A program made the translations under genes and the position numbers. This document shows, one piece after another, positions 38,330 to 38,391 of a stretch of DNA of 38,391 nucleotides (positions are counted from its first letter, which is position 1; each line of letters opens with the position of its first letter). The notes under the pieces were generated by a model that made no database searches, was not told the origin of the DNA, and saw only the letters and a program-made list of their open reading frames with translations. Source of the stretch: Gemmatimonadota bacterium (lineage in GTDB: Bacteria > Gemmatimonadota > Gemmatimonadetes > Gemmatimonadales > GWC2-71-9); assembly GCA_039932015.1 (NCBI GenBank), contig JBDTQV010000001.1, positions 1 to 38,391 of the forward strand. The letters run 5' to 3'.

Positions 38330-38391
38330 GTCATGCTCGCGTTGGCGGCTGTCATGCTCGCGTTGGCGGCTGTCATGCTCGCGTTGGCGGC
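38330..38391. repeat. Perfect 21-bp direct tandem repeat (GTCATGCTCGCGTTGGCGGCT), 2.95 copies, truncated by the window end
   Basis: The units are 38330-38350, 38351-38371 and 38372-38391, and they are identical base for base. The period is a multiple of 3. The repeat is in frame as MLALAAV on the plus strand and as MTAANAS on the minus strand. Confidence 0.95.

Noticed and set aside
38131-38376. 81-aa minus-strand ORF beginning in the tandem repeat (MTAANASMTAANASMT...)
   Set aside because: - It overlaps the 3' end of comM antisense by 131 nt.
- After the repeat it becomes a Pro/Arg-rich off-frame-looking string.
- The plus-strand reading (MLALAAV repeats starting at 38333) seems more plausible, but neither can be confirmed within the window.

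Overview
This is a high-GC (roughly 68-70% by eye), very gene-dense bacterial chromosomal window. The TolC gene shows the organism is diderm. The mix of MglAB, many MacB-type permeases and BshB1 is compatible with Gemmatimonadota or Acidobacteriota-like lineages, but that is only a guess. All calls come from reading the ORF translations and the DNA; no database search was run.

Layout:
- **1-9997, plus strand:** a housekeeping string. It runs aldolase 3' end, YtxH-like, YihY/BrkB, a putative SRP RNA, then dnaX-ybaB-recR, a small membrane protein, mglB-mglA, pgsA, cinA and grpE-dnaJ.
- **9991-27648, minus strand:** about 17.6 kb of co-directional, often overlapping genes. In order of transcription: creatininase-family protein, secreted orphan, then TolC / membrane fusion protein / ABC ATPase / four MacB-FtsX permeases, then bshB1 / cysteine desulfurase / mnmA, S9 peptidase, DUF360 and ppk1.
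- **~27667-31635, plus strand:** a giant orphan NtrY-like histidine kinase.
- **31640-36359, minus strand:** a tightly coupled four-gene operon of small membrane protein, HExxH protein, divergent FtsH paralog and S41 C-terminal processing peptidase.
- **36360-36704:** an unusually AT-rich intergenic region with promoter-like hexamers.
- **36705-38261, plus strand:** comM/yifB.
- **38330-38391:** a perfect 21-bp tandem repeat that runs off the window end.

No CRISPR arrays, tRNAs, rRNAs, transposases or integrases were seen. Most long ORFs antisense to these genes are high-GC artefacts.

The best candidates for something undescribed are the four-gene protease operon and the A-B-A-B four-permease efflux operon. 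Next come an MglA carrying a ~30-aa insertion and an RBS-sequestering hairpin in front of grpE.
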